NCBI GenBank assembly: GCA_964385635.1
Contig: CAYLPU010000011.1
Coordinates: 133-64,132, forward strand
Reading direction: 5' to 3'
Length of the DNA stretch: 64,000 bases
Source: an uncultured Anaerolineales bacterium
GTDB taxonomy: Bacteria > Chloroflexota > Anaerolineae > B4-G1
The notes below the pieces were generated by a model. The model was not told the origin of the DNA and did not search any database. It worked only from the letters and a program-made list of their open reading frames with translations. The position numbers and the translations under genes were made by a program. Position 1 is the stretch's first letter, and each line of letters starts with the position of its first letter. Below, piece by piece: positions 8,233 to 16,843 of this stretch.

Positions 8233-9678
8233 CTACCAGGGATTGATCTCACCCCGTAAGAACCGGTCTATGTCGGCGGCGGCCCGTTTGCCGGCACCCA
8301 TTGCGCTGATGACCGTCGCTGCGCCAGTGACCACGTCCCCGCCAGCCCATACCCGCGGTTTGGTCGCCCGGCCTGTCTCCTGGTCGGCGACCACCGTGCC
8401 CCACTTCGTCCGCTCCAGCCCACCGGCCTCGTTAAAGACCAACGGGTTGGGACTGGTCCCCAGCGCCACGATCACCATGTCCACATCCATATCGAACTCG
8501 GAGCCCTTGATGGGGATGGGGCGCCGCCGGCCGCTCTCGTCGGGCTCGCCTAGTTCCATGCGGATGCAGCGCATGCCACACACGTTACTGTGCTCGTCCC
8601 CGTAGATCTCCACCGGGTTGGTCAAGAAGTCGAAGATGACTCCCTCCTCCTCGGCGTGATGCACCTCTTCGGCGCGGGCCGGCACCTCGACCGGCGAGCG
8701 CCGGTAGACGATGTGCACCTCGCCGCTCTCCTGGCTGCGTAGTGCCTGTAGACGCAGGCTGCAGCGGGCGGAGTCCATCGCCACGTTCCCCGCGCCAATC
8801 ACTGCCACCCTGTTCCCCACCTTGACTGGCGTGTCGTACTCCGGGAAGAGATAGCCCTTCATCAGGTTCACCCGCGTCAGGAACTCGTTGGCCGAGAGGA
8901 CGCCGTTGTAGTTGATGCCGGTGATGCGCAGGAACGACGGCAGCCCCGCGCCTGTCCCCAGGAAGACGGCGTCGAACCCTTGCCCGTCGAGCAGTTCGTC
9001 AATCGTGTACAGATTCCCGATCACCGCGTCCAGATGCATTTCGATGCCCAGGCACTCGGCAGCGTAGTCAATTTCGCCGTGCACCACGCTCTTGGGCAGA
9101 CGGAACTCTGGGATGCCGTAGACCAGCACGCCGCCGGGGCTGTGCAGCGATTCGAACATTGTCACGTCGTGTCCCAGCCGTCCCAGGTCCACAGCGCAGG
9201 TGAGCCCGGCCGGGCCGGAGCCGACGACGGCGACGCGCTTACCCGTCGGCGTGGCGCGCTCGAGCGGGCAGACGTGGTGTTCCAATTCGTAGTCGCCCAC
9301 GAACCGCTCCAGCCGGCCGATTGCCACCGGCTCGCCCTTCTTGGCCAGCACGCACTTGATCTCACACTGCGTCTCCTGCGGGCAGACCCGGCCGCAGATG
9401 GCGGGGAGATTGTTCTTCTCCTTCATCGCCCGCACCGCGCCATCTATGTCCCCCTCCCGCAGCGCCAGGATGAACTCTGGAATGAGCACCTCCACCGGGC
9501 AGCCCTCCACACAAAGAGGTTTCGCGCATTGCAGGCACCGCTCCGCCTCCTGCTGTGCCAGCTCCAGCGTGAAGCCGAGCGCCACTTCGTCGAAATTGGC
9601 CCGCCTGACGAGCGCATCTTGAGTCGGCATCGTCTGGCGGGGGATTTGCAACCGTTCTCTGTTGGTCAATTCAGTCAC
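8233..9678 (-). CDS. nfnB: NADPH-dependent glutamate synthase beta-chain-like oxidoreductase (NfnB/SudA-type large subunit)
   Basis: CLQCAKPLCVEGCP Fe-S motif and VAVVGSGPAGLTCA dinucleotide fold. The track start is GTG 9714. GTG 9678, 10 nt after GGAGG and just after the nfnA stop, is more likely. Confidence 0.8.
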   Translation of the reverse strand: MTELTNRERLQIPRQTMPTQDALVRRANFDEVALGFTLELAQQEAERCLQCAKPLCVEGCPVEVLIPEFILALREGDIDGAVRAMKEKNNLPAICGRVCPQETQCEIKCVLAKKGEPVAIGRLERFVGDYELEHHVCPLERATPTGKRVAVVGSGPAGLTCAVDLGRLGHDVTMFESLHSPGGVLVYGIPEFRLPKSVVHGEIDYAAECLGIEMHLDAVIGNLYTIDELLDGQGFDAVFLGTGAGLPSFLRITGINYNGVLSANEFLTRVNLMKGYLFPEYDTPVKVGNRVAVIGAGNVAMDSARCSLRLQALRSQESGEVHIVYRRSPVEVPARAEEVHHAEEEGVIFDFLTNPVEIYGDEHSNVCGMRCIRMELGEPDESGRRRPIPIKGSEFDMDVDMVIVALGTSPNPLVFNEAGGLERTKWGTVVADQETGRATKPRVWAGGDVVTGAATVISAMGAGKRAAADIDRFLRGEINPW

Positions 9679-9680
9679 GA

Positions 9681-10565
9681 CTAATCTACCTCCAATTGGC
9701 ATCGGTGTTGCCACTGCTCGACTGCCTGCTTTTCCTCCTCCAGGTAGAACCGTTGCCGGGCCAGCAGCAGGTTCCAGTCCACCTGGTGTGCGTCGAACTC
9801 AGGCCCATCCACGCACACGAACTTCGCACCGTCGGTCAACTGCACCCGACAGCCGCCGCACATGCCCGTCCCATCAATCATAATCGTGTTCAGGCTGACG
9901 ATGGTGGGCACTTTGAAAGGTTCTGTCGTTGCAGCGCAGAACTTCATCATGATCGCCGGCCCGATGACCCACGCCCGGGCGATTTCTCCGTCGCGCTGTT
10001 CCAGCAACTCCTTGAGCGGTTCGGTGACTAGCGCTTTGCGCCCATAAGAGCCGTCGTCGGTGCAGACGATCAGTTCGTCGCTGACTGAGCGCATCTTGTC
10101 TTCCCAGAAGAGCAGTTCACGAGTGCGCGCCCCGATGATCGAGATGACGGTATTGCCGGCTTCTTTGAGCGCCCGCGTGATGGGGTAGAGGGGCGCGATG
10201 CCAACACCGCCCCCTACACATACGACAGTCCCGTAGTTCTTGATCTCGGTCGGATGTCCGAGTGGCCCGGTGAAAGTGGCCAATTCGTCACCCGGCTCAA
10301 GTGTCCCCATGTGCATCGTCGTCTTGCCGACCTCCTGGAAGATGAGCGTGATGGTACCCGCTTCCTGGTCGTAGTCGGCGACGGTGAGCGGTATGCGTTC
10401 TCCACGTTCGTCGACGCGCACGATGACGAACTGGCCTGCCCGTGTCTTGCGTGCCACTTCCGGTGCGGCGATGACCATCAACTTGTTGACCTCGCTGAGT
10501 ATTTCCTTGTGCAAGATTTTGTACACAGACTGCCTCCCAATCTTTTTGTGCTTCACAGTGCGCAC
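9681..10565 (-). CDS. nfnA: Sulfide/dihydroorotate dehydrogenase-like FAD/NAD-binding subunit (NfnA/SudB-type)
   Basis: 294 aa ferredoxin-NADP reductase-like fold with C-terminal GTGMCGGCRV 2Fe-2S motif. It lies directly upstream of the GltD-like partner. Confidence 0.8.
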   Translation of the reverse strand: MRTVKHKKIGRQSVYKILHKEILSEVNKLMVIAAPEVARKTRAGQFVIVRVDERGERIPLTVADYDQEAGTITLIFQEVGKTTMHMGTLEPGDELATFTGPLGHPTEIKNYGTVVCVGGGVGIAPLYPITRALKEAGNTVISIIGARTRELLFWEDKMRSVSDELIVCTDDGSYGRKALVTEPLKELLEQRDGEIARAWVIGPAIMMKFCAATTEPFKVPTIVSLNTIMIDGTGMCGGCRVQLTDGAKFVCVDGPEFDAHQVDWNLLLARQRFYLEEEKQAVEQWQHRCQLEVD

Positions 10566-10668
10566 AAAGGATACCGCTATTTCGCCCGATAGTCAAGTTG
10601 CGTTCAGCGTGCTTACGGCGTGACATTTCTCATCATTTGACCTCTCGTCCTTCTGATGCTACAATAGA

Positions 10669-11133
10669 ATGAGAGCAAGATTGGGACAGTGGATGGCCCA
10701 CGTGGCAACCGGTTACACAGTTGATGAACTGATCTCCGTATGTATCGCCCGCCAGGTGGCCGACGGCGACGTTCTCGCGCAGGGAATCGCCACGCCGCTG
10801 GTTATGGCGGGCTATTTGTTGGCCAAACACACCCACGCGCCCCACGTTTCTTTCGCCTCGGCCGCTGGCAACGCACTGGTAGACAAACCTTGTGTTCGGG
10901 CTGTTGGCGTGGCGGTGGAGAAAATCCGCGTCAAGACAGGCATTCCCCTCGAGGCCGCTCCCGACCTGCGCGAGACCGAACTACTGAAGGTTGAAGAAGT
11001 CCAATTATTACGTGAGGTGATTGACCCGCTGGGCATCCGTCGCCTGGAGACCCTCAGCGATGGGGCGCGCAAGCGTGCCCTGCGGGAGATATTGGAGAGT
11101 GAGAAACAGGCTGCGTCGCAGGGCCTTACTTAA
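10669..11133 (+). CDS. CoA-transferase beta-subunit remnant (apparent in-frame internal deletion)
   Basis: The N-terminus YTVDELISVCIARQVADGDVLAQGIATPLVMAGYLLAKHTHAPHV and the C-terminus VEKIRVKTGIPLE...PDLRETELLKVEEVQLLREVIDPLG look like the two ends of a roughly 250-aa GctB/IpdB-type subunit joined in 154 aa. No alpha subunit is nearby. Confidence 0.45.
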   Translation: MRARLGQWMAHVATGYTVDELISVCIARQVADGDVLAQGIATPLVMAGYLLAKHTHAPHVSFASAAGNALVDKPCVRAVGVAVEKIRVKTGIPLEAAPDLRETELLKVEEVQLLREVIDPLGIRRLETLSDGARKRALREILESEKQAASQGLT

Positions 11134-11141
11134 CCACAAGT

Positions 11142-11302
11142 GTAACTACTCAGCCACCCCCACGCGGAGCGTTGAAACGCCCCGCTGATACGGCGAAACC
11201 CGTTAAAACGGGTTAGAAAGTCGCGTTTTAGTGCGTTTTAACGCACTTTGCGTATCAGCCGATGGTTTCAACCATCGGCGGGGCAAACGGGTGAGTAGTT
11301 AC
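11142..11302 (+). mobile_element. 161-bp MITE-like element, copy 1 (TIR GTAACTACTCA; TSD CCACAAGT)
   Basis: Terminal inverted repeats are gtaactactca (11142-11152) and tgagtagttac (11292-11302). It is flanked by direct repeats ccacaagt at 11134-11141 and 11303-11310. It is identical to the reverse complement of 34476..34636. Confidence 0.8.
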
Positions 11303-11329
11303 CCACAAGTCTCAATTAGGAGGTGAGTC

Positions 11330-12574
11330 ATGGAATCGAATCTCGATCTGAACCGCGCCATACCAGTGTTGGATTGGGCTCCACATCTGGCCTCGCGCAC
11401 AGAAAGTATGAAGAGTTCCGCTATCCGCGAATTGCTCAAGCTGACTCAAGATCCAGACGTGATCTCCTTCGCGGGAGGCTTGCCAGCCCCGGACTTCTTC
11501 CCCCTGCGCGAGATCGAAGAAGCCTGCCGGTACATCATCCGCGCGGACGGCGCTAGAGCACTGCAATATGGTGCCACCGAGGGATACGGACCGCTCAAGG
11601 AGTACCTGGCTACCACAATGCATAAGTATGGCGTCCCGGCTGTGCCAGGCAACCTCCTGCTGACCAATGGCTCTCAGCAGGCTCTGGATCTGGTTGGAAA
11701 ACTGTTCATTGACCCCGGCGACTACATCCTCACTGGACGCCCCACTTACCTGGGAGCAATCCAGGCCTGGAACGCTTATCAGGTGCGTTACCACACTGTG
11801 CGCCTCGACGACGACGGCATGGTTGTGGACGAGATGGAGCATGCTTACGAAAAGGTGCTTGCCGATTCCGGCGAGCCGCCCAAGTTCATTTACGTGCTGC
11901 CCAATTTCCACAATCCTGCCGGTACGACGATGCCTCTGGAGCGCCGCAAGCGGCTGGCTGAAATCGCCACGAGACTGGATCTCCCCGTCGTCGAGGACGA
12001 TCCCTACGGCCAGTTGCGGTACGAAGGAGAGGACATTCCTCCCATCGGCACCTTCATCCCCGAGCGTACAATTTACCTGGGGACCTTTTCCAAGATCCTG
12101 TCCCCGGGTCTGCGGCTGGGATGGATCGTATGTCCAGAGGTACTGATGCAACGCTTTGTGCAGGCCAAGCAGGGCGCTGACCTGCACACGAGTAGCTTTG
12201 TTCAATACATCGCCAACGACATCTGCCAGCGGGGCCTGATCAAGCCACACGTCAAGCGACTGTGCGATGCCTACAGAGAGCGGCGGGACACGATGCTTGA
12301 TGCGTTGGCTGAATTCTGGCCCGACGGTAGCAGTTGGACCCGTCCGCAAGGCGGGTTGTTTCTTTGGGCCCGCGTGCCGGAGCCCATTGACACGCTTGAG
12401 TTCTCGAAGGAGATCGTCGCCGAGAAAGTCGCCTATGTGCCTGGCGTCCACTTCTACCCCAACCAGGATGGGGGGCGCAATGCCATGCGGCTCAACTTCT
12501 CCTACTGCCCGCCGGATGTCATCGTCGAAGGTATCCGCAGGCTGGGCGCGGTGCTGAAGAAGGCATTGAGGTAG
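11330..12574 (+). CDS. PLP-dependent aminotransferase (class I/II fold, LysN/2-aminoadipate transaminase-like)
   Basis: SAIRELLKL...ISFAGGLPAPDFFP...YGATEGYGPLKEYLA...TFSKILSPGLRLGW (PLP lysine). RBS AGGAGGTGA lies upstream. Confidence 0.85.
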   Translation: MESNLDLNRAIPVLDWAPHLASRTESMKSSAIRELLKLTQDPDVISFAGGLPAPDFFPLREIEEACRYIIRADGARALQYGATEGYGPLKEYLATTMHKYGVPAVPGNLLLTNGSQQALDLVGKLFIDPGDYILTGRPTYLGAIQAWNAYQVRYHTVRLDDDGMVVDEMEHAYEKVLADSGEPPKFIYVLPNFHNPAGTTMPLERRKRLAEIATRLDLPVVEDDPYGQLRYEGEDIPPIGTFIPERTIYLGTFSKILSPGLRLGWIVCPEVLMQRFVQAKQGADLHTSSFVQYIANDICQRGLIKPHVKRLCDAYRERRDTMLDALAEFWPDGSSWTRPQGGLFLWARVPEPIDTLEFSKEIVAEKVAYVPGVHFYPNQDGGRNAMRLNFSYCPPDVIVEGIRRLGAVLKKALR

Positions 12575-12696
12575 TAACAGGCGACCAGCAAGAGGGCAGG
12601 CATCGCGGACGGTGCCGGTGCCGGCCCGGTACTGGGCCGGCGGCCAGCGTACAGTGCAGGAGATCGGCCAGAGGGTCGCGCTGTTGGTGCAGCCGT

Positions 12697-12725
12697 TTGC
12701 TCCTTTGGGATTGTAGGGGTATACT
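12697..12725 (+). promoter_or_regulatory. Sigma70-like promoter for the BTAD regulator (-35 TTGCTC, -10 TATACT)
   Basis: TTGCTC at 12697-12702, a 17-nt spacer, then TATACT at 12720-12725. Confidence 0.35.
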
Positions 12726-12794
12726 TTATGAAATTGTGATTTTGTGCGAGTTTAGTGAATCGGCGCATCGGCGATCGCAGGAGTCTTTAAAGCG

Positions 12795-15700
12795 TTGGTT
12801 GTCCCTGAGTTCACTCTCGTCCGTTCCAAACTGCTCGTGCCCAGCCCCTCCGGCCTATTGCATCGGCCGCGGGTGTGCCAGGCCATCGAGCGGGGGCTCG
12901 AGCGCAAGTTGACGCTTGTCTCTGCCCCGGCTGGCTACGGCAAGACCTCGGCGCTGGTGGATTTTGCGCAGCACAGCCCTGTGCCGGTGTGTTGGTACAC
13001 CGCCGACGAGCGCGACCGTGATCTGAGCGTGTTCATCGAGTACCTGGTGGGCGCGATTGGCGAGCGCTTCCGCGGCTTCGGCGGGCGAAGCCGCGCGGCG
13101 TTGGCTTCCCTGGCCGGTGATCTTTTCCACGACCCGACCGCTATTGTGGGAGAGTTGGTCAACGAGATGCTTGAGATTGACACATCCTTCGTCGTGGTGG
13201 TGGACAACTACGATGGACTGGACGGTGGCTTTGGTATCCGAACCTTCGTCCACCGTCTGCTTGAAATCCTGCCCTTCAATTGCCACCTGATGCTGGGTAG
13301 TCGTGTGTTACCCGACGTTCCTGTCGCACACCTGGTTGCCAAGCGCCAACTCGTCGGTCTGACGGCACGGGACCTGCGCTTCGCCTCCCAGGAGATCCGG
13401 GATCTTCTGCGATCATCGTGGGTTGAGGTGTCTGAAAGCCAGGCGGAAGCGATAGCTGCCAACTCCGAGGGCTGGATCACCGGTGTCCTGCTGCTGGCCG
13501 ATATGTTGCGCGACGAGAGTAAGGCTGCCCTGCTCGATGAGGAGATGGCCACTGCCGAGACGTACGGCTACCTGGCCAGTGAGGTCTTGAACCGGCAGCC
13601 GCCCGACATTCAGTATTTCCTATGCGTCTCGGCTGTGCTGCGTGAGATGTCGTCACGGCTGTGCCGCCAGGTACTGCAGATCAGGGAGTCGCTTGCTCTG
13701 CTGGCGGAGGTGGAGCGGCGTAGTCTCTTCGTCACCCGCTTTGGGAGAGGGGCTGCGGCGACCTATCGCTACCACAATCTGTTCCGTGATTTCCTGCACG
13801 AGCAGTTGCGCCAGCGCGATCCGGCCCGCTACACTGAACTGCACCTGCGCGCCGCGAAGCGGTTCGAGCGAGACGATGGGGTTGAGGAGGCAGTGTATCA
13901 CTATCTGGCAGCCGAGGACTATCCAGGCGCGACGACGCTGGTGGAGCGGGTGGCGATGGAGTGGTTCACGCGGGGGCGAGTCGAGACGCTCCTGCGCTGG
14001 GCGGAGGCACTGCCCGGGGAGGCCAGAGCCCAGGCTCCATGGCTGACGTTCTATCAGAGCAGGGTGCTCACCGATCGTTACGACTACGAGGGGGCGCAGC
14101 AGGCGCTGGCCCACGCCGAGGCCGGGTTCGCCGCCCGGAAAGATATGGCACGTCTGGCCAAGGTGCACAACCAGCGTGCGCTGCTGGGTTTCTTTGGAGG
14201 TCGCTACGAGGACACGATTGTGGAAGCACAGACGGCGCTGGACATGCTGGATCAGGACGAAGTAATGGAGCGGGCGGAGGCGCAGCGGCTTATCGGACTG
14301 GCCTATGTGGGACTTGGGCGTCTCGCTGAGGGGGTCGCCAAACTGCAGGAAGCGTTGGCTCTGTTTCGGAAGGTTGGCAGCCCCTACGATGTGGTCAACT
14401 TGTTGCGGGATTTGGTGCTCGCACTTACTGCTCAGGGATGCTTTGATGAAGCGGTCACCTGTGCAAGCGAGGCGTTGGCCGTTGGACGACGGTTGGGAGC
14501 GCCGACACAACTGGCTGGGGTGCTCAACGATGTGGGCTGCCTCCACTACGCTCGTGGGGAGTATCGGGAAGCGCTGGCACTATACGAGGAGGGGCTGGCG
14601 GCAGCGCGACGCGGGGGCGATTTGCGGTACCAGGCCTACATCTCGGTGGGGATGGCTGATGTCCACCGTGACGTTGGGGACTACGCGCGCGCTGAACCTC
14701 TGTACAACGCCGGCTGGCAGATGTCGCGGGAGGGCGAGCCGGGCCTGGCAGTCTATATCCTGGCAGCGCAGGCGGATATGAACCGCTGGCGGGGAGATCA
14801 TGCACAGGCGCTCGTTTTGTTGGGACAGGCGCGCCAGTTGGCTGAAGAAAAGGGGTTGGATTTTGAGGAGCGCGGGCCGCTGCTTGTGGCCGAGGGGATC
14901 GCGTTGGCCGAAAGCGGTGAGGTCGAAGCCGGTCTTCGTCTTCTCTCCGATGCTGTTCGTTTCCTGGGGCAGCGGCAGGCGAAGCGAGAGTTGGCCCGGG
15001 CCCGATTCCTGCTGGCCAGGACTTACTTTCTGGCTGGGGACAAGCCACATGCCGTTGCCGAGTTGCGCCGGGCGATGGATCTGGCGGACGAGATCGGCAC
15101 GCACCAGTTTGCGGTTGTGGAGGGGCAGCACGCCGAGGATCTGTTGGGACTTGGCGTCGCCGGGGGCATAGCGGATTGCCGTGCCATTGCTGAGAGGGTG
15201 CAACAGTTGAATGTCTTCGGGGAGGAGCAGGTGCAGGCCGGTGCAGAGGTGAAAGAAGGTACGGTGAGCCGCCTGGAGATCTATGCTCTTGGAGGGGGGC
15301 GGGTCGTCTACGATGGGCACACGGTCGCCTCATCCGAGTGGCAGGCGGCGATGGCTAAGGAGTTGTTCTTTTACATCCTCCTACATGGGCCTCTGGAGCG
15401 GGATGTTATTGGTTCAGTGTTCTGGCCCGATTTATCCGCGAAAAAGACGACCGACAGTTTCCACACCACGCTTTACCGGGTACGCCGCGCCTTGGGCGCC
15501 GAGGCCGTGGTGGTGGAGGAAGGGCGGTACCGGCTGGGCGACGTGGACTGCTGGTTCGACGTCGAGGAGTTTGAGGCGTCGGTCGAGCGGGCGCGGCTCT
15601 TACCGCCTCACGACTGGCGGACGGAGGACCTGTGGCGGCGTGCGGTGGCGCTCTACCGGGGAGATTTCCTGCCTGAGGTGGGGCGGGTGTGGTGTGTGCC

Positions 15701-16001
15701 GAAGCGGGAGGCGCTCCGGGAGCTGTACCTCGAGGCGTTGGTCGGGGTGGGACGATGCCACGAGGCGCGGAGGGAGTTTGAAGGGGCGATCGGCTGGTAC
15801 AGGCGGACCTTGGAGGTGGACGAACTGCGCGAGGACGTACATCGGCGCATCATGCACTGTTACGCCGAGGCAGGCCGGCGTTCTGAGGCGCTGGCTCAAT
15901 ACCACCATTGCCAGGAGATTCTCAGGCGGGAGTTGGATATCGAACCATCGGTTGAGACAAAGAGATTGTACGAACGGATCGCTGGAAAAAGGCCGGACTG
16001 A
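12795..16001 (+). CDS. Large STAND-type transcriptional regulator: MalT-like P-loop ATPase + TPR repeats + C-terminal winged-helix/BTAD (SARP-type) domain
   Basis: N-terminus LVRSKLLVPSP...RPRV...LTLVSAPAGYGKTS (Walker A). A central TPR-like A/L-rich region follows. C-terminus LEIYALGGGRVVYDG...WQAAMAKELFFYILLH...LYRVRRALG...YRGDFLPE...HRRIMHCYAEAGRRSEALAQYHHCQEILRRELDIEPSVETKRLYERI. Confidence 0.85.
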   Translation: MVVPEFTLVRSKLLVPSPSGLLHRPRVCQAIERGLERKLTLVSAPAGYGKTSALVDFAQHSPVPVCWYTADERDRDLSVFIEYLVGAIGERFRGFGGRSRAALASLAGDLFHDPTAIVGELVNEMLEIDTSFVVVVDNYDGLDGGFGIRTFVHRLLEILPFNCHLMLGSRVLPDVPVAHLVAKRQLVGLTARDLRFASQEIRDLLRSSWVEVSESQAEAIAANSEGWITGVLLLADMLRDESKAALLDEEMATAETYGYLASEVLNRQPPDIQYFLCVSAVLREMSSRLCRQVLQIRESLALLAEVERRSLFVTRFGRGAAATYRYHNLFRDFLHEQLRQRDPARYTELHLRAAKRFERDDGVEEAVYHYLAAEDYPGATTLVERVAMEWFTRGRVETLLRWAEALPGEARAQAPWLTFYQSRVLTDRYDYEGAQQALAHAEAGFAARKDMARLAKVHNQRALLGFFGGRYEDTIVEAQTALDMLDQDEVMERAEAQRLIGLAYVGLGRLAEGVAKLQEALALFRKVGSPYDVVNLLRDLVLALTAQGCFDEAVTCASEALAVGRRLGAPTQLAGVLNDVGCLHYARGEYREALALYEEGLAAARRGGDLRYQAYISVGMADVHRDVGDYARAEPLYNAGWQMSREGEPGLAVYILAAQADMNRWRGDHAQALVLLGQARQLAEEKGLDFEERGPLLVAEGIALAESGEVEAGLRLLSDAVRFLGQRQAKRELARARFLLARTYFLAGDKPHAVAELRRAMDLADEIGTHQFAVVEGQHAEDLLGLGVAGGIADCRAIAERVQQLNVFGEEQVQAGAEVKEGTVSRLEIYALGGGRVVYDGHTVASSEWQAAMAKELFFYILLHGPLERDVIGSVFWPDLSAKKTTDSFHTTLYRVRRALGAEAVVVEEGRYRLGDVDCWFDVEEFEASVERARLLPPHDWRTEDLWRRAVALYRGDFLPEVGRVWCVPKREALRELYLEALVGVGRCHEARREFEGAIGWYRRTLEVDELREDVHRRIMHCYAEAGRRSEALAQYHHCQEILRRELDIEPSVETKRLYERIAGKRPD

Positions 16002-16120
16002 GCGCATCGTTTTTCTCTCACCACGGAGCAACGCACAGGAGGTCGCTTAACGTCGCCGCGCCCCCGGCGTCCTCTGCGGTGAGATACGGGTAAGCACGAG
16101 AGAACTCGAACTTGATCTGT

Positions 16121-16144
16121 AGAGGCTGCCGCAGAGCAGCCTCT
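16121..16144 (+). terminator. Hairpin terminator candidate after the regulator gene
   Basis: AGAGGCTG (16121-16128), an 8-nt loop, then CAGCCTCT (16137-16144), followed by TTGCTT. Confidence 0.4.
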
Positions 16145-16200
16145 TTGCTTATCTGGTTGTCAGAGGTTCGTTCAGAGTTCTGTGCTATCCTTATGCTGAA

Positions 16201-16242
16201 TTTGGGGCGGGTCGTACTAGATTTTGGGCGGGTTTGGGCGGG
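16201..16242 (+). repeat. Three direct repeats TTTGGG(G)CGGG immediately upstream of the small-ORF RBS
   Basis: TTTGGGGCGGG at 16201-16211, TTTGGGCGGG at 16223-16232 and TTTGGGCGGG at 16233-16242. Repeat starts are spaced 22 and 10 nt apart. The RBS AAGGAGGG follows directly. Confidence 0.6.
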
Positions 16243-16255
16243 AAGGAGGGTAACG

Positions 16256-16450
16256 ATGGAGAACGTACGTGGTAAGCTGGCCTTGGCGCTGATGACGTTT
16301 ATGCTGCTCCTGGTGCTGGCTCTTGGGCCTGCGGCCCCTGGCGCGGCTGCTCGGATGGCGGAGCCCCAGGCTGGTGCGGTGGAAGTGTTGGACGGGCTGC
16401 ATGGCCTGTTGGCAAGCCCGCATGGCGGCGGCAGCAGTGGTGGGGGGTAG
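16256..16450 (+). CDS. Small pre-peptide with N-terminal signal/TM segment and Gly/Ser-rich C-terminus (64 aa)
   Basis: ATG 16256 lies 6 nt after GGAGGG. MENVRGKLALALMTFMLLLVLALGPAAPGAAARMAEPQAGAVEVLDGLHGLLASPHGGGSSGGG. The stop TAG abuts the next ATG. The track ORF 16112..16450 is the over-extended version. Confidence 0.4.
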   Translation: MENVRGKLALALMTFMLLLVLALGPAAPGAAARMAEPQAGAVEVLDGLHGLLASPHGGGSSGGG

Positions 16451-16660
16451 ATGATGTCAACACGAAGGATTGATGAGTTGGTCTGGACGGCCTTCACCGA
16501 TTCCGCTTTCCGCGAGCGGTTACTCAACGGTCATCGCCGCGAGGTGTTGACCACTCTCAGTCTCACGGAGGCGGAACGGCGGGTCGTGCTGGCGGTGAAG
16601 GCCGACACGCTGGAGGCGTTCGCCGGGGAGCTCTGCCAGCCGGGGTTCGTTGGGGCCTAG
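16451..16660 (+). CDS. NHLP-like (Os_1348-type) small helical protein, RiPP-leader-like
   Basis: 69 aa. ELVWTAFTDSAFRERLLNGHRREVLTTLSLTEAERRVVLAVKADTLEAFAGEL matches the A..D..FR..LL....L....LT..E......L..FA..L pattern of NHLP-clan proteins as I recall it. The start codon abuts the preceding stop. Confidence 0.45.
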   Translation: MMSTRRIDELVWTAFTDSAFRERLLNGHRREVLTTLSLTEAERRVVLAVKADTLEAFAGELCQPGFVGA

Positions 16661-16843
16661 GATGCCACACTTCTGAATGTGGCTGTGGCCCTTATGCGTG
16701 GTGGCTCCCTGGGGGTGTAGGACACGCCCGTGTCGCAGGCGGGGATGTGTAGGCGGGGCGCGTTCATTCTGGCGGCTAGGGGACAGCGCACATAGTGTAG
16801 CGAAAGGAGGGCCTATACGAGGGCGGAGAAAGGTATTGTCACA

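Noticed and set aside
16201-16255. The TTTGGGCGGG repeats as a complete SARP-dependent promoter for the small ORFs.
   Set aside because: There is no acceptable -10 hexamer and no space for a TSS between the last repeat (16242) and the RBS and ATG (16243-16258). They are reported only as repeats of unknown role.
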